NCBI GenBank assembly: GCA_965206695.1
Contig: CBDBKM010000011.1
Span: 96,001 to 160,000, forward strand
Direction: 5' to 3'
Origin: Chlamydiales bacterium
GTDB taxonomy: Bacteria > Chlamydiota > Chlamydiia > Chlamydiales > JAAZZY01
DNA: 64,000 nucleotides
Made by a program: the position numbers and the translations under genes. Below, one piece after another: positions 21,684 through 33,694 of the stretch. The stretch's first letter is position 1. Every line of letters starts with the position of its first letter. The notes beneath the pieces are model-generated. The model was not told the DNA's origin. It worked only from the letters and a program-made list of their open reading frames with translations, and did not search any database.

Positions 21684-22256
21684 AGGCACCCTACGCAAAG
21701 TTAGTATAAAAATTTTTCTATAGACGTTAGTTAGTTACTTTTAGGTGATTTTCAGCTTACCTTAGCGATTTGCTGTTGCAAGCCGGAAAACTTTACAGAG
21801 TATAGACATAGCTATCCTTTAATTTAAACAAATATTTGGGAAATTAAGTACCAATAAGCGTTTTAAATAACAGCTTATTGCTTGCATAAAAGCCGAGAAT
21901 TGTTCTTAGAAATACCTCGATAACGAATACGTTTAGGATCCTGAGAAAAAACTCGCTCATAGGGCCGAGCGTAAACCACTATACCGTCTATCGCAATCCC
22001 TATTCTTTCCCTTCATATTATTTTGCAGCCGCTAAATGATACGCACGTTTAGCGACAGCTCGCTTAGCCGGGTTCGTACAATAACCTTTATCTGCATCAA
22101 TGCCTCCTTGAGTAGGACACACATGTTCCAAGTCTTGAACATCTGTCTTATTTCCGGGTATAATGGCTACTTTATTAACTAACCTTACGCACACCCTCTC
22201 GTAAATAGCGTTTGATTCTGTAGCCTGCTTAGTACAAGGCATGCGTAAGGTTAGTT
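21684..22256 (-). pseudogene. IS5-family transposase relic
   Basis: HVCPTQGGIDADKGYC DDE segment and YERVFSQDPKRIRYRG downstream; IR-like GGCACCCTACGCAAAG. Confidence 0.65.
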
Positions 22257-22259
22257 AAG

Positions 22260-23822
22260 TTAGTTATCCAAATCTATTGTCGCCTTTTCGGCCTTGTCGT
22301 TTGCATTAGAAAAATAAGCCCGGAAAAAGATAAATATAGAAAAAATGACAATAACAATAATATCATAAGGCATTTTTAGATACCCTAAGGGCTTAAAAGA
22401 TGTGAAATTATTCATGACAAATTTTGGGTCACCTATAACAGAAACAATAACAAGACCAATTAAATAAATAGGTATCCAAGCATTTTTGATAAACTGAAAA
22501 TCCCTCCCGACGAAAAGAAAAACCGGATAACCTAAAAGTATCAAAATAGCACCCACCAATGTCCAAGGCCAGGAAGCCCAATATATTAAAAGCGAAGCTA
22601 AAATAAATCCTAAAATCGGGATAAGAAAAGGAAAAGGCAATTTAAAAGGACGCTCTACATCAGGTTGTTTTTTTCTTAGGATAGGAACAGAAAGAGCGGC
22701 TGCTGCATAAGGCACCAGAGCTGTAATAGAAGCAATTAAAGCAACAGAGGGAAATGCAGGTATAGCAATAATAACAATAGAAGTTAAAATAGAAGCTAGT
22801 ATGATCGAATACATAGGAGTTGAAAATCTTGGGTGGATTTCACACATCTTAGACCAAAATAATTTATCCTTAGCCATTGCATATGGTAAACGCCCTTGAA
22901 GTAAAACCCAATCCCCACCGGCTCCGGCAGTTGCAATAATAGCCCCAACGGTAGCAATGGCAGCCAGCCAAGGAAGATGCTGTGCAGAAGACACTTGGGC
23001 TAATGGCGACGATAATTTGCCCATCTCACTCCAGTCTCCTTGAGCATAACCTAACCCTAACCAGTCAATCATCCCTACAAAAACAATAGCAATGATAACA
23101 TAGACTAAAATCGTTATGAACATCGTTAAAAGCATGGCAGTAGGAATTGTTTTAGATGGATTTTTCATCTCCGCTGTTGGAACAACGATCGATTCAAATC
23201 CGGTATATGACCAAAAAAATAATGTCATTGCAATTCCGATACCTTCAAATCCAAAAGGAAAGAAAGGTTGGAAATTACCTCCTTTGACAAAAGCGAATCC
23301 AATAACAGCAAATAAAAAGAGAGGTATTAACTTACCAATCGTTGTAATAATACAATACAGTCCTCCCCATTTGACACCGATGACATTTATGATAGTGAAA
23401 ATCCACAAGGCAATAAGAGCAATCGTAACACCTAAAACAGTTAACGTCTGGCCTATAGCAAGACCCGGCACATAAAACCCTAAATAAACAATAAAAATAT
23501 CTATAATCGCCGCTGTTCCTACAAACATATATAGAAAGTATCCCCAGCCCATTATAAATCCATTAAAATTACCCATTGCTAATCGTGGCAATGAATAAGG
23601 CCCCCCTACTAAAGGAAAGGCGGCTCCCAACTCAGCATAAGCCAAAGCTAAAAGAGTGGTAATAAGACCTGCAAATAAAATAGCAAGGATTAAACCGGGA
23701 CCTGCTACAACCGCCATTGCAGCCGGAACGGCAAAAATACCGGAACCCACCATGGTACCTACACCTAATGAGACAAGAGTAAATACACCAAATTTTTTTT
23801 GTAGATGTCCTTCGGCTTCCAT
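22260..23822 (-). CDS. APC-family amino acid permease
   Basis: GTMVGSGIF, YAELGAAFPLVGG, YTGFES and RLPYAMAKD motifs; about 14 TM segments. Confidence 0.92.
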   Translation of the reverse strand: MEAEGHLQKKFGVFTLVSLGVGTMVGSGIFAVPAAMAVVAGPGLILAILFAGLITTLLALAYAELGAAFPLVGGPYSLPRLAMGNFNGFIMGWGYFLYMFVGTAAIIDIFIVYLGFYVPGLAIGQTLTVLGVTIALIALWIFTIINVIGVKWGGLYCIITTIGKLIPLFLFAVIGFAFVKGGNFQPFFPFGFEGIGIAMTLFFWSYTGFESIVVPTAEMKNPSKTIPTAMLLTMFITILVYVIIAIVFVGMIDWLGLGYAQGDWSEMGKLSSPLAQVSSAQHLPWLAAIATVGAIIATAGAGGDWVLLQGRLPYAMAKDKLFWSKMCEIHPRFSTPMYSIILASILTSIVIIAIPAFPSVALIASITALVPYAAAALSVPILRKKQPDVERPFKLPFPFLIPILGFILASLLIYWASWPWTLVGAILILLGYPVFLFVGRDFQFIKNAWIPIYLIGLVIVSVIGDPKFVMNNFTSFKPLGYLKMPYDIIVIVIFSIFIFFRAYFSNANDKAEKATIDLDN

Positions 23823-23863
23823 AATGATTATACTTTGCTATCCTTTCTTTAAATATGCAATAA

Positions 23864-23987
23864 CTCACTTTTATATTTTAAAATGTTAAAAACCGGCCCC
23901 ATCCTTCGTCGCATATATATTTGGCATATTTTCTATATTTTAATACACTGTTTATACACAACCCTTCAATTATGATCGTTTGGTTTT
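23864..23987 (-). pseudogene. tnpB: tnpB fragment (RuvC-II region)
   Basis: KNQTIIIEGLCINSVLKYRKYAKYICDEGWGRFLTF aligns to ENQTITIEGLNINKMLKNKKLSKHISDAGWSRFLTF of the 48954 TnpB. Confidence 0.75.
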
Positions 23988-23989
23988 TA

Positions 23990-24923
23990 TAGTACTTTAA
24001 TTTTTATTTGATAATATGTTATCCTTCTTTTTTTATACAAACAATAAGGACAAAACAATGCCTAGAGCCTATTCAGTAGATCTTCGAGAGAAAGTATGAC
24101 AACATATAGAAAAACATCATGATAAAAAAACAGCCGGCCATATTTTTCAAGTAGGTATCGCAACAATATATCGATGGATCTTGCAAAAAAAGCAAAAAGG
24201 ACATTTAAAGCCAATCCGCAGAAAATATGCTTATAAGAAATTAGATGATGAGTTGTTATCTAAATATGTAGAAAAACATCCGGATTATTTTTTATCGGAA
24301 ATTGCTGATTATTTTTCAGTCACTCCGCAAACGATTTTTTATGCCCTTAAAAGATTAAAAATTACACGAAAAAAAAACTACTCGCTATAAGGAAAGAGAT
24401 GAAAAGAAACGGGAAGCTTTTATGAAAGATTTAAAAAATATTCCCTTTGACAAGAGAATTTATCTCGATGAAACCGGGATTCATCAATTTTTATTTCGTG
24501 AGTCCGGAAGAAGCTTACGCGGCAAAAAAGTTTTTGGAGCGGTTTCAGGAAACCGCTTTATAAGGCAAAATATTATTTCAGCCCTATCTAAAGGGCAGTT
24601 TTTATCTCCAATGTGTTTTGAAGGTACTTGTAATACCGGGTTATTCAATATTTGGCTTAAAGAAGTTTTGACTCCTCAGCTTACACCCGGTAGTGTTCTT
24701 ATTCTTGACAATGCCGGTTTTCACAAGTCAGCGGAAAGCAGGAAAACAGTAGAATCTGCCGGTTGTAAGCTTATGTTTCTTCCTCCATATTCTCCGGACT
24801 TAAATCCTATAGAAAAATATTGGGCTAATATGAAAAATAAAGTTAGAGAGATATTACGAAAAGTTACGAATTTTAAATTCGCCATTGATCAAGCAATCTT
24901 ATCAATGTAAAATTAAACGACTA
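23990..24923 (+). mobile_element. IS630 type A, copy 2 (early TGA; A9 slippery run)
   Basis: Same ends and ORFs as the other type A copies. Confidence 0.95.
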
Positions 24924-27900
24924 TACTAACAGACATAGAGTCATAACCATAAGAAGAGATTCTATGCGTTCGAGTTTTGTCAGAAAAAAAGATGAAACCA
25001 AAAAATCAGGACTTTTTAAAAAACGAAAACCTCTTTCAACACTTTGTTGAGATGTGTAAGTAGATAGAATTTCGTTAGCCGAAAACTTTGAATTTAAGTC
25101 ATTTGTTGATAGCACAAAATAACCTTTGCTATTTTCCATTGCTTCTTTGTGCTTTAGTGAACAGGCAAAATATCTTCTCACTTGATAACCTGTTGTTAAA
25201 GGAGATTTTCCTTTTTGAGGACGTCCAACAGTGGGATATTTCTTCACCTCTTTAATCTCCGGGTTACCAATCTCTAAATATTTATATTTAGAAGATTCCC
25301 GTTTAAAACGTTTAAGGGCCATCCTCGCGACAGCTAAAAATATCTTTAGAAAACCTTAAGAAGGACTTGATTTCTTTTTCAGAACCCTTCTTATACCGCT
25401 TAACCAAACTCTTGCATTCTCTTTCATACGCAGATTGGCTAAAAATAACCACCACCTTTGATCAACATCGGCATACGAAGTCAAATACTAACAGGCCTTA
25501 TACCCACTTCCTAAATTTATCATCTTAGATTGAGAGGCCTTGTTAATAGATTCTTGAGCTAATTTGATCTGAGAGGAAACCCGTATTATAAAAAAACTAC
25601 CGGCGCTACTTAAGGCTTTGATACTATCCGGAGTAAATAAAGCGCTATCACCTACTAAATAACGGTTCTCTACAGCCTTTCTAAGGCTCGTAGCGTGTTT
25701 TGAAATAATTTTCGTAAATGCCGTTTTATCGCTACTATTACCACTAGCCGTCTGCATGAAAAGAGAAAGGTTTCCTTGAATTGGAAGTAATGAGTTATAA
25801 TACGGTTTGATTAAGATCCGGTCGATGATCTCGACTATGTCCATGAAACAAGCCGTATCTGAGACTCATCTTGTTCCAAAAGGCCGTAATAATCTCCGTC
25901 TACGTGAAAACTTGTCGAATCTAAATATAGGCTCCCGACCTCTATATCTAATACGGACATGGTTCTTAAAGCTATCTTTGTATAGAGATTGGAGATTCCT
26001 AATGAAAATAACTTATCAAGAGTACGACCTAAAACATTATCATCTATTTGTTCGGTTTTTACCGAATTACCAAGTAAATGATCGATCAGTTTATCCGACA
26101 TTCCTAGACCGTAAGATATTTTTTTTGAATTAGAATTATAGATTGCCTATCCTGTTACTTTTTATTTGATACAAGGAGAAAAGTTATGCCGGAAGTTGCA
26201 GGAGATAATATTCAAACAGTGAACATGGATCACCATGGATTAATTGCAGCACTTTGCAGCGATCTAAAAATAGCGGAAAGGATTGATACCGGATTAAAAA
26301 ATCATCCACAAAGAAAAGTAAGTGCGGGACAGGCAGTAATTGCAATGATTCTGAATGGATTAGGGTTTACTAATAGACGTCTCTACCTAACACATCAATT
26401 TTTTGCTTCTAAATCGATAGAGAATTTACTTGGCAACAATCTTCGAGCAGAAGATCTCACAGATTATACTTTAGGTCATGCTTTGGATGATATTGCGAAA
26501 TATGGGAGCAGTAAATTATTTGCTGAAGTTTCTTTTGGAATAGCCCTAGACCATGATTTACTACAAAAAACGCATCATCTAGATACAACAAGCTTTTCCG
26601 TTCATGGGTCGTATGAAGTGAAAGATGATCCGCAAGTGATTGAGATTAAGCAGGGTTATTCTAAAGATCATAGACCTGATTTGAAACAAGTTGTACTTTC
26701 TCTCGTTACCAATGGTCCGAGTTCTATGCCTCTATGGATGGAAGCCTTAGACGGCAATAGTTCTGATAAAGCAAGTTTTCATGAGACGCTCAAAAAAATC
26801 AGTGAATTTCAACAACAGATTGATGTAAAAACAAAGTTTAAGTGGGTTGCCGATTCAGCGTTATACACAAAAGAAAAGCTCTTAAAAAATAATGATTATA
26901 AATGGCTCACCCGAGTTCCCGAGATAATAGGAGAAGCAAAAAGATTAGTAGAAAAACCGGAAGAAGAAATTGATTGGATTGATCAGGAGAAAGGATATAA
27001 AACATGCAGCTTCACCTCTTTTTATGGAGGGATTAAACAAAGATGGCTTTTGGTTTTTTCAGAGCAAGCCTATCAGAGAGAGATAAAATCATTAGAAAAA
27101 AAATTGACCAAGGCAGAAGAAAAGCTCAAGAAACAACTTTGGCATTTGGGTAATGAGGAATTTAAATGCGAAAGTGATGCTAAAAAAGCTTGGGGCAGAT
27201 TGACTAAAAAAAATCATTTATATTCCATGAATAGTGAGATATTGCCGATTCTAAAATATGGTAAATTAGGCAAACCTAAACAAGGAGAGGAAAAACAAGT
27301 TGTTGGATACAAGATTCATGCTAGCTTTGAAAGGGAAGAAGAAGAAATTAATAAACTGATGAATAGAAAAGGACGGTTTATTTTAGCTGCGAATGACACC
27401 GATAGAGAAAATTATAAAGATGAGATGATGTTAGAAGAATATAAAGAACAGCAAAAGGTTGAAGGAGGGTTTCGCTTTTTAAAAGATCCTTGGTTTATGG
27501 TTGATTCTATTTTTTTAAAAACCCCTCGACGCATTGAAGCATTAATGATGGTTATGACATTGTGTTTAATGGTTTATAATATCGGACAATATCAACTTCG
27601 ACAAAAATTGATAGAAACAGAAGAGACATTACCCAACCAATTAGGAAAGGAAGTCAAAAATCCAACATTAAGATGGATTTTCCAAATTATGGAAGGTATC
27701 GGAATAATCCGTTTTTTTCAGAAGACTTCCCGGAGAATTTGTAAAGAAATGATCACAAATTTAACCCGTCTTCGGAAAAAGATTATTGTTTTGTTTGGAA
27801 AGACTGCAATGAGGATGTATGGCTTAATTAGAAAAACTTGTTTAGAGGTCTAGGAATGTCGGGTTTATCTTCAAAATATTCAGAATACAAATAAAGTGTT

Positions 27901-28076
27901 CTACCTACAAAACCTAATCCGGTGAGAAGCATAGATTTGACGCATTCGCCAAAGGTTAAACTTTTATTTTGGGCTTGAACACCACATTCTCCGTCAATTA
28001 TGTCACAAATACCAATCGCATCGCACATGCCTGCAACAAGACCAAGATTATCTATATTTTGGGAACTCAATTTCAT
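24924..28076 (-). pseudogene. Divergent IS1634 transposase (type B), 5' part; interrupted by IS1634 copy 2 and broken at IS630
   Basis: MKLSSQNIDNLGLVAGMCD...EDK|LIDHLLG...YLDSTSFHVDG...VERGFRFLKSP...MTLCLLV; frameshifted. Confidence 0.85.
26095..27862 (+). mobile_element. IS1634-family element, copy 2, intact (transposase 26186..27853)
   Basis: Both IRs present; 6-bp duplication GTTTAT; 1 aa differs from copy 1. Confidence 0.95.
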
Positions 28077-28103
28077 AGAAAAAAATCTAACCTATTTCTA
28101 TTA

Positions 28104-28997
28104 GACTTCTTTCGAAATGCATCATATGAGTTCCAAATTATAAATTCCCGCAATAAGATTGAACTGCAAAGCAAACCTTTTTCGTCTATTTCGATAACGA
28201 TCGGAAATGATTTTAAAGCGTTTGATCACTCCTATCACATTTTCATTCAAAACACGTTCCCTTGATAATTGTCTATTATTTTTCTTATCTTCTTTAGTTA
28301 GAGCCTTCTTCTTACTTTTCTTTTTTTGCATATTTGGTATTAGCATGAAGCTTTTTTAATCCTTGATATCCCGTATCCGTTAATACGCTTATTCCCGGAT
28401 GAATTTTTATTTTTGATTCCTTAAACAGTCTAAAGTCATGTCTTCTACCATTAGAAAATGCAGTACAAATAATCTGTCGTGTTTTTTTATCTACTATAAC
28501 CTGAGTCTTTAAGGTATGCTTTTTCTTTTCCCCCGAGTAGAATTTTTTTTGGGCCTTTCAACGGCTGTTTCCGTGGCATCTATTAAAATAAGCTCATATG
28601 CCGAATCGTTTTTTAAAAGTGCTTTACGACTGGGTAAAGCAAAATCAGGGTGCTTAATAAGTGTACCTTCAACCCACTTTATACTTTTATAAGCACTGCT
28701 TTCACTTATACCGGAACTTTGACTGATATAAAAATAGGTCCTATATTCTCTCATATACTCTCAAGTCATTAATAATGTATCTTCTAAACTTAGTTTCTTT
28801 TTTCTTCCGGTAAGAGTTCTTCCGGTTTTAATTGATGTGTTTAATATGAATATCATTCTATCGAATGTTGATTTTTTTATACCCGTTAAACGACGAAATT
28901 TTTCATCTTTCAAAGCTCGAATTTTTTCAAATTTCATGATACAAACCTACTTTTAAAATAGGATATTATAATCAAAAATTTAATTTCGAAAGAAGTC
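28104..28997 (-). mobile_element. IS5-family (ISL2-like) element, degraded
   Basis: IR GACTTCTTTCGAAAT/ATTTCGAAAGAAGTC with TA flanks; LIDATE and ENVIGVIKRFKIISDRYRNRRKRF motifs. Confidence 0.85.
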
Positions 28998-29005
28998 TAT
29001 TCCGC

Positions 29006-29931
29006 CCTTTCAACATTGAAGTGCAACAAATAGGAAGAATTTGAAAATGGCCAAATGCCGGCAAAATCTCTATAGTAAATTTTTGCAAAAAAAAACTATG
29101 GAGGGATTTTTTATGCCTAAAGGCTACCGGCATTTAACCTACGAACAAAGGTGCCAAATATGTACTTTAAAAAAAAAGAGGAGATTCTGTTGATTCTATT
29201 TCGCAGGAATTAAATGTTAATAAAACTACTGTTTATCGAGAGTTAAAAAGAAATAGCTATGAAGGCAGATATATCTATTTTGCAGCACAAATCAAAACTA
29301 AAAGAAGGCGTTCAAAAGCGAGCAGTAAAACAAAGAAAATGACCCCTGAACTACTTATGAAGATAGAAAGTAAATTACTGCTTCAATGGAGTCCTGTTCA
29401 AATATCCGGTCGATTGAAAGAAGAAGAAGGCCTGCTTATCAGCCACGAAAGTATTTATCGTCATATTTGGAAAGATAAACGAAATTGGGGCAATTTATAT
29501 AAAAATTTAAGACACAAAGGTAAGAAGTATAAAAAGCGAGGTTCAGATAAAGCAGGCCGAGGCTGTATTCCCAATAGAGTCGATATTGATAAAAGACCTT
29601 GTATTGTCGATGAAAAAACAAGAATAGGAGATTTTGAATTAGATACGATAATAGGCAAAAATCATCAAGGAGTGATTGTTTCTATTGTTGATCGTGCTTC
29701 TAAATATACGATGCTTATGAAGGTAAAGTCTAAACAAGCCCTCGGTGTTGCCGATGCTTTAATTACCTGTTTAAAGCCTGTTAAGGATAGAGTTCACACA
29801 TTAACAGCAGATAATGGTTTAGAGTTTTCTCGGCATCAAGAAGTAAGTTCAACACTCAAAGCAGAGTTTTATTTTGCTAAACCCTATCATTCCCGGGAAA
29901 GAGGGTTGAATGAACATACGAATGGGTTAGT
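29006..29931 (+). mobile_element. IS30-family element, frameshifted and 3'-truncated by IS630
   Basis: TTTTCAACATTGAAGTGCAAC left end; MPKGYRHLTYEQR; GDFELDTIIG, LTADNGLEF and NEHTNGLV motifs. Confidence 0.88.
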
Positions 29932-29933
29932 TA

Positions 29934-30863
29934 TAGTACTTTAATTTTTATTTGATAATATGTTATCCTTCTTTTTTTATACAAACAGTAAGGACAAAAC
30001 AATGCCTAGAGCCTATTCAGTAGATCTTCGAGAGAAAGTATGACAACATATAGAAAAACATCATGATAAAAAAACAGCCGGCCATATTTTTCAAATAGGT
30101 ATCGCAACAATATATCGATGGATCTTGCAAAAAAAGCAAAAAGGACATTTAAAGCCAATCCGCAGAAAATATGCTTATAAGAAATTAGATGATGAGTTGT
30201 TATCTAAATATGTAGAAAAACATCCGGATTATTTTTTATCGGAAATTGCTGATTATTTTTCAGTCACTCCGCAAACGATTTTTTATGCCCTTAAAAGATT
30301 AAAAATTACACGAAAAAAAAAACTACTCGCTATAAGGAAAGAGATGAAAAGAAACGGGAAGCTTTTATGAAAGATTTAAAAAATATTCCCTTTGACAAGA
30401 GAATTTATCTCGATGAAACCGGGATTCATCAATTTTTATTTCGTGAGTCCGGAAGAAGCTTACGCGGCAAAAAAGTTTTTGGAGCGGTTTCAGGAAACCG
30501 CTTTATAAGGCAAAATATTAGCCCTATCTAAAGGGCAGTTTTTATCTCCAATGTGTTTTGAAGGTACTTGTAATACCGGGTTATTCAATATTTGGCTTAA
30601 GGAAGTTTTGACTCCTCAGCTTACACCCGGTAGTGTTCTTATTCTTGACAATGCAGGTTTTCACAAGTCAGCGGAAAGCAGGAAAACAGTAGAATCTGCC
30701 GGTTGTAAGCTTATGTTTCTTCCTCCATATTCTCCGGACTTAAATCCTATAGAAAAATATTGGGCTAATATGAAAAATAAAGTTAGAGAGATATTACGAA
30801 AAGTTACGAATTTTAAATTCGCTATTGATCAAGCAATCTTATCAATATAAAATTAAATGACTA
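29934..30863 (+). mobile_element. IS630 type A, copy 3 (early TGA; small deletion)
   Basis: Type A ends and ORF fragments. Confidence 0.95.
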
Positions 30864-31121
30864 TATATGCAGCTATCGAGCACAAGGTTCGCGAAAAATT
30901 AAAAGAAAATGGTGAGTACTTTCTCAATCAAAAGAAAAGGCCTGCTCAAAATCCGACAACTCGTTGGATCTTTTTCTACTTTTTGGGATTGCACATTGTT
31001 CTAATCAATGGGGAAAAACGCGAAGTAACGAATTTAAAAGGAAGACATGCAATTATTTTATGCTGTTTAGGACCGCCCTACGAAAAATTATATTATTCTG
31101 AACTATGGTGATGAATCTCAG
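30864..31121 (+). pseudogene. 3' part of the divergent IS1634 type B transposase, with its right end
   Basis: YAAIEHKVREKLKENGEYFLNQKKRPAQNPTTRWIFFYF continues MTLCLLV from 24924 in frame. Confidence 0.85.
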
Positions 31122-31208
31122 ATCAAAGTAATTGGATTTGTATTGGCTTATGGATTTTCTAAATTAAACCTTTAGCTACATCGAACTTAGGTTATAAAAT
31201 ATAGGTAA

Positions 31209-32364
31209 CTAAACAGGCTTTAATATACCTATTACGAATCCTTGGAAATTTCCGTTCCCTACTTCTCCTAGATAACAATGGGTAAGAAGATCTTTACCCG
31301 AACGCATTTTAAGTAAGAGCCGAAGCGATTGACGTTGATCCAGTTTAATACTTTCTAAAGTATGTTTCCAATCATCCATGCCTTGTTGAACTAAACTATT
31401 AAAGTTTTTGACAAATTTATCAGAATTCCATCCCAGTAAACCCTTAATGGATTTACTGGCAAAAATAAGTTGAGAATCTTTTTTAGAATAAATCAAAATA
31501 ACCGCTTTTTTAATATTTTGAAAATTTCCAAATAAACGTCTTTGATCGATAGCTAAACTGCCTAAAGTAAAATCAGAAAATAATGCATCTTTTTTAGCTA
31601 AATGGCTCGCGCCTGTTAATTGACTTGCAATACCAATACATTTTGCCAGCTGCGCTTGAGGCCTATCTTTTTCAGTAATATTTTCTTCAAAAGAAGTCTC
31701 TTCATTGGGCTCTGTGGTATTTGAAAAACCGAACTCTTCTGCCTCAATTGCAACATAATTATCAGGTAATTCATGGTTATCATCTAAAGATTCTTTGAGC
31801 TTTAAAAGCGTCTTAACTTCATAAGTTAAATCATTAACTCTTCCTTGCAAAGATCCAATATCTCCTTGTCTTTTTTCAATGACTGTTCTTTGACGCGCAC
31901 AAGTATCTCTATATTCAGCTAACATAATCTCTTTTTGATCTACCTGATCTTGCAGCTCCTGAGAAAACGCTGCAAATTCTAACTCTCTTTCTTTACAAAA
32001 ATCTTTAAGATGCTCAATTTCTCGGTCTTCGTTCTTTCTCTTTTATCTCTTTGGATTCCAATTCTCTTGTTAGCTCCATGACTTTTTCAGGAGTTACAGC
32101 TGCATATTTTTTTTTATTAAAAGCTAACTTAGCCTTGTTATTCATACGTTTCATATTCTGAATAACCAATATTTCCATCCATCTGAACATTCTTCTTTCC
32201 CATCTAAAAATAAGATAGGTCAAAATCAGACAACCCAAACATGCCCAGATAGTCATGCCGATTAAAAAAGCCCACTCTTGACTAGCATGAGAGGCAAACA
32301 CTAATATCGGAATCAAATAGAAAATCGATAATGCAGCCAGAAGAGAGTTTCGATACTTTTTCAT
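31209..32364 (-). pseudogene. Chlamydial UPF0242-like protein (TM + coiled coil + PAS-like C-terminus), split by one frameshift near 32030
   Basis: ORF 32364..32014 and the frame ending at 31209 overlap (DREIEHLKDF... reads into MLAEYRD); C-terminal LIFASKSIKGLLGWNSDKF; near rpsT. Confidence 0.65.
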
Positions 32365-32501
32365 AATTAAATTACATACTCAAACGTTGAGGAATACATA
32401 CTTCGGTTCATGGGCCAGTCAGACTATAGGAAAACTAAAAAAAAGTGAAAATCCTTTTTAAAAAACTATTCCTATAAAATTTTCAAAACGACAAACTCTC
32501 T

Positions 32502-33371
32502 TTAGAGTATTTCAATCTTTACATGAATCGAACTGGAATTAGCTACGGCTCTACGTGAATTTTTAGCGCTAACCGGTTCAATACAGACAAAGCTTGCATC
32601 TTTAGGATGCCATAATTGCCAAGAATTTTCTTCTGTTGGAGCTGTATAACTTACTCTTATCGAGTGCTCAGATGTTTTAAGCAAAATGCTTGCTTGTAAA
32701 GAATCAGGATAGGGAAGAAACCCAAAATCAGCTGCATTGTTGAGATCATATTTTAAATGATGCTTTTCTTTAACCCACCAAACATCCGGTATTGTTTTCC
32801 AGACACTCATATCGTTATACTGATCTTGTACTTGACTTGTGACAGTACCACCACCTTTTAATGCATAATAATAATGCAACCCCACAATAGAAGCCTTGTC
32901 ACTTGCAACAGACATTGCAATATGTAAACCATCAGGTAATAAATTAGCTTCATAAGTCATCGTAAAATCTTGACCTTCAAGATCCTTGAGAAGTACTCCT
33001 TTATATTCATCAGACCCTTTAATCGTTCCGGTAATGCTATTGTCTGTAAAATGAACCTTCCAAGGAATATAACGCCCAATACCATGAGTAAAAGGTTCAT
33101 CACTACCTGTAGCTCTCTCTCTTGCAATAAACGGAAATAAACTCTCATCAGGCACTTTAGTAATCATTTCTTTTGGTCTATGATAAAAATGAGGGCCTAT
33201 CATAGGACCTAAACCGGCAAAACACTCATCAAAAAGAGGGCGAGTTGATTGATCGATAGCTTCAATATCTCCTTTTTTATAGCTGGCCATATTTAAACCC
33301 TGTTTGAGTAAATAGGTAACAGTTAAAGGCTCTCCATCTGAAGAAATATTACTTAGTAAAACTAATTCCAT
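32502..33371 (-). CDS. Aldose 1-epimerase/galactose mutarotase-like protein
   Basis: THGIGRYIPW, GLHYYY and FVCIEPVS motifs. Confidence 0.7.
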   Translation of the reverse strand: MELVLLSNISSDGEPLTVTYLLKQGLNMASYKKGDIEAIDQSTRPLFDECFAGLGPMIGPHFYHRPKEMITKVPDESLFPFIARERATGSDEPFTHGIGRYIPWKVHFTDNSITGTIKGSDEYKGVLLKDLEGQDFTMTYEANLLPDGLHIAMSVASDKASIVGLHYYYALKGGGTVTSQVQDQYNDMSVWKTIPDVWWVKEKHHLKYDLNNAADFGFLPYPDSLQASILLKTSEHSIRVSYTAPTEENSWQLWHPKDASFVCIEPVSAKNSRRAVANSSSIHVKIEIL

Positions 33372-33694
33372 TATTACACCACTTGATACACAAACAATTA
33401 TTTATTCATGATCGCAACTTTTTTACTTATATACGTAAAATAAAATAGAATGACCATAAGTAAAGAAGTTGAAAAACACAATTTATAAGGAAAATATTTA
33501 TTTAATTGAGCCTTTTGAGGATGTTTTGAAGAATACCAAACAAAATATTTTTGATTCGGCTTCTCTTTGGTCGCGTATGCACAAGCCCAAGCATTACGAT
33601 AAAATGAGCGACTTAACTTTTCTTTGTTTTCAAAAATTTGATCGTTAATCGTATAAGAATAAGATGCTTGAAGCAAATATCGATTATTATTTTT

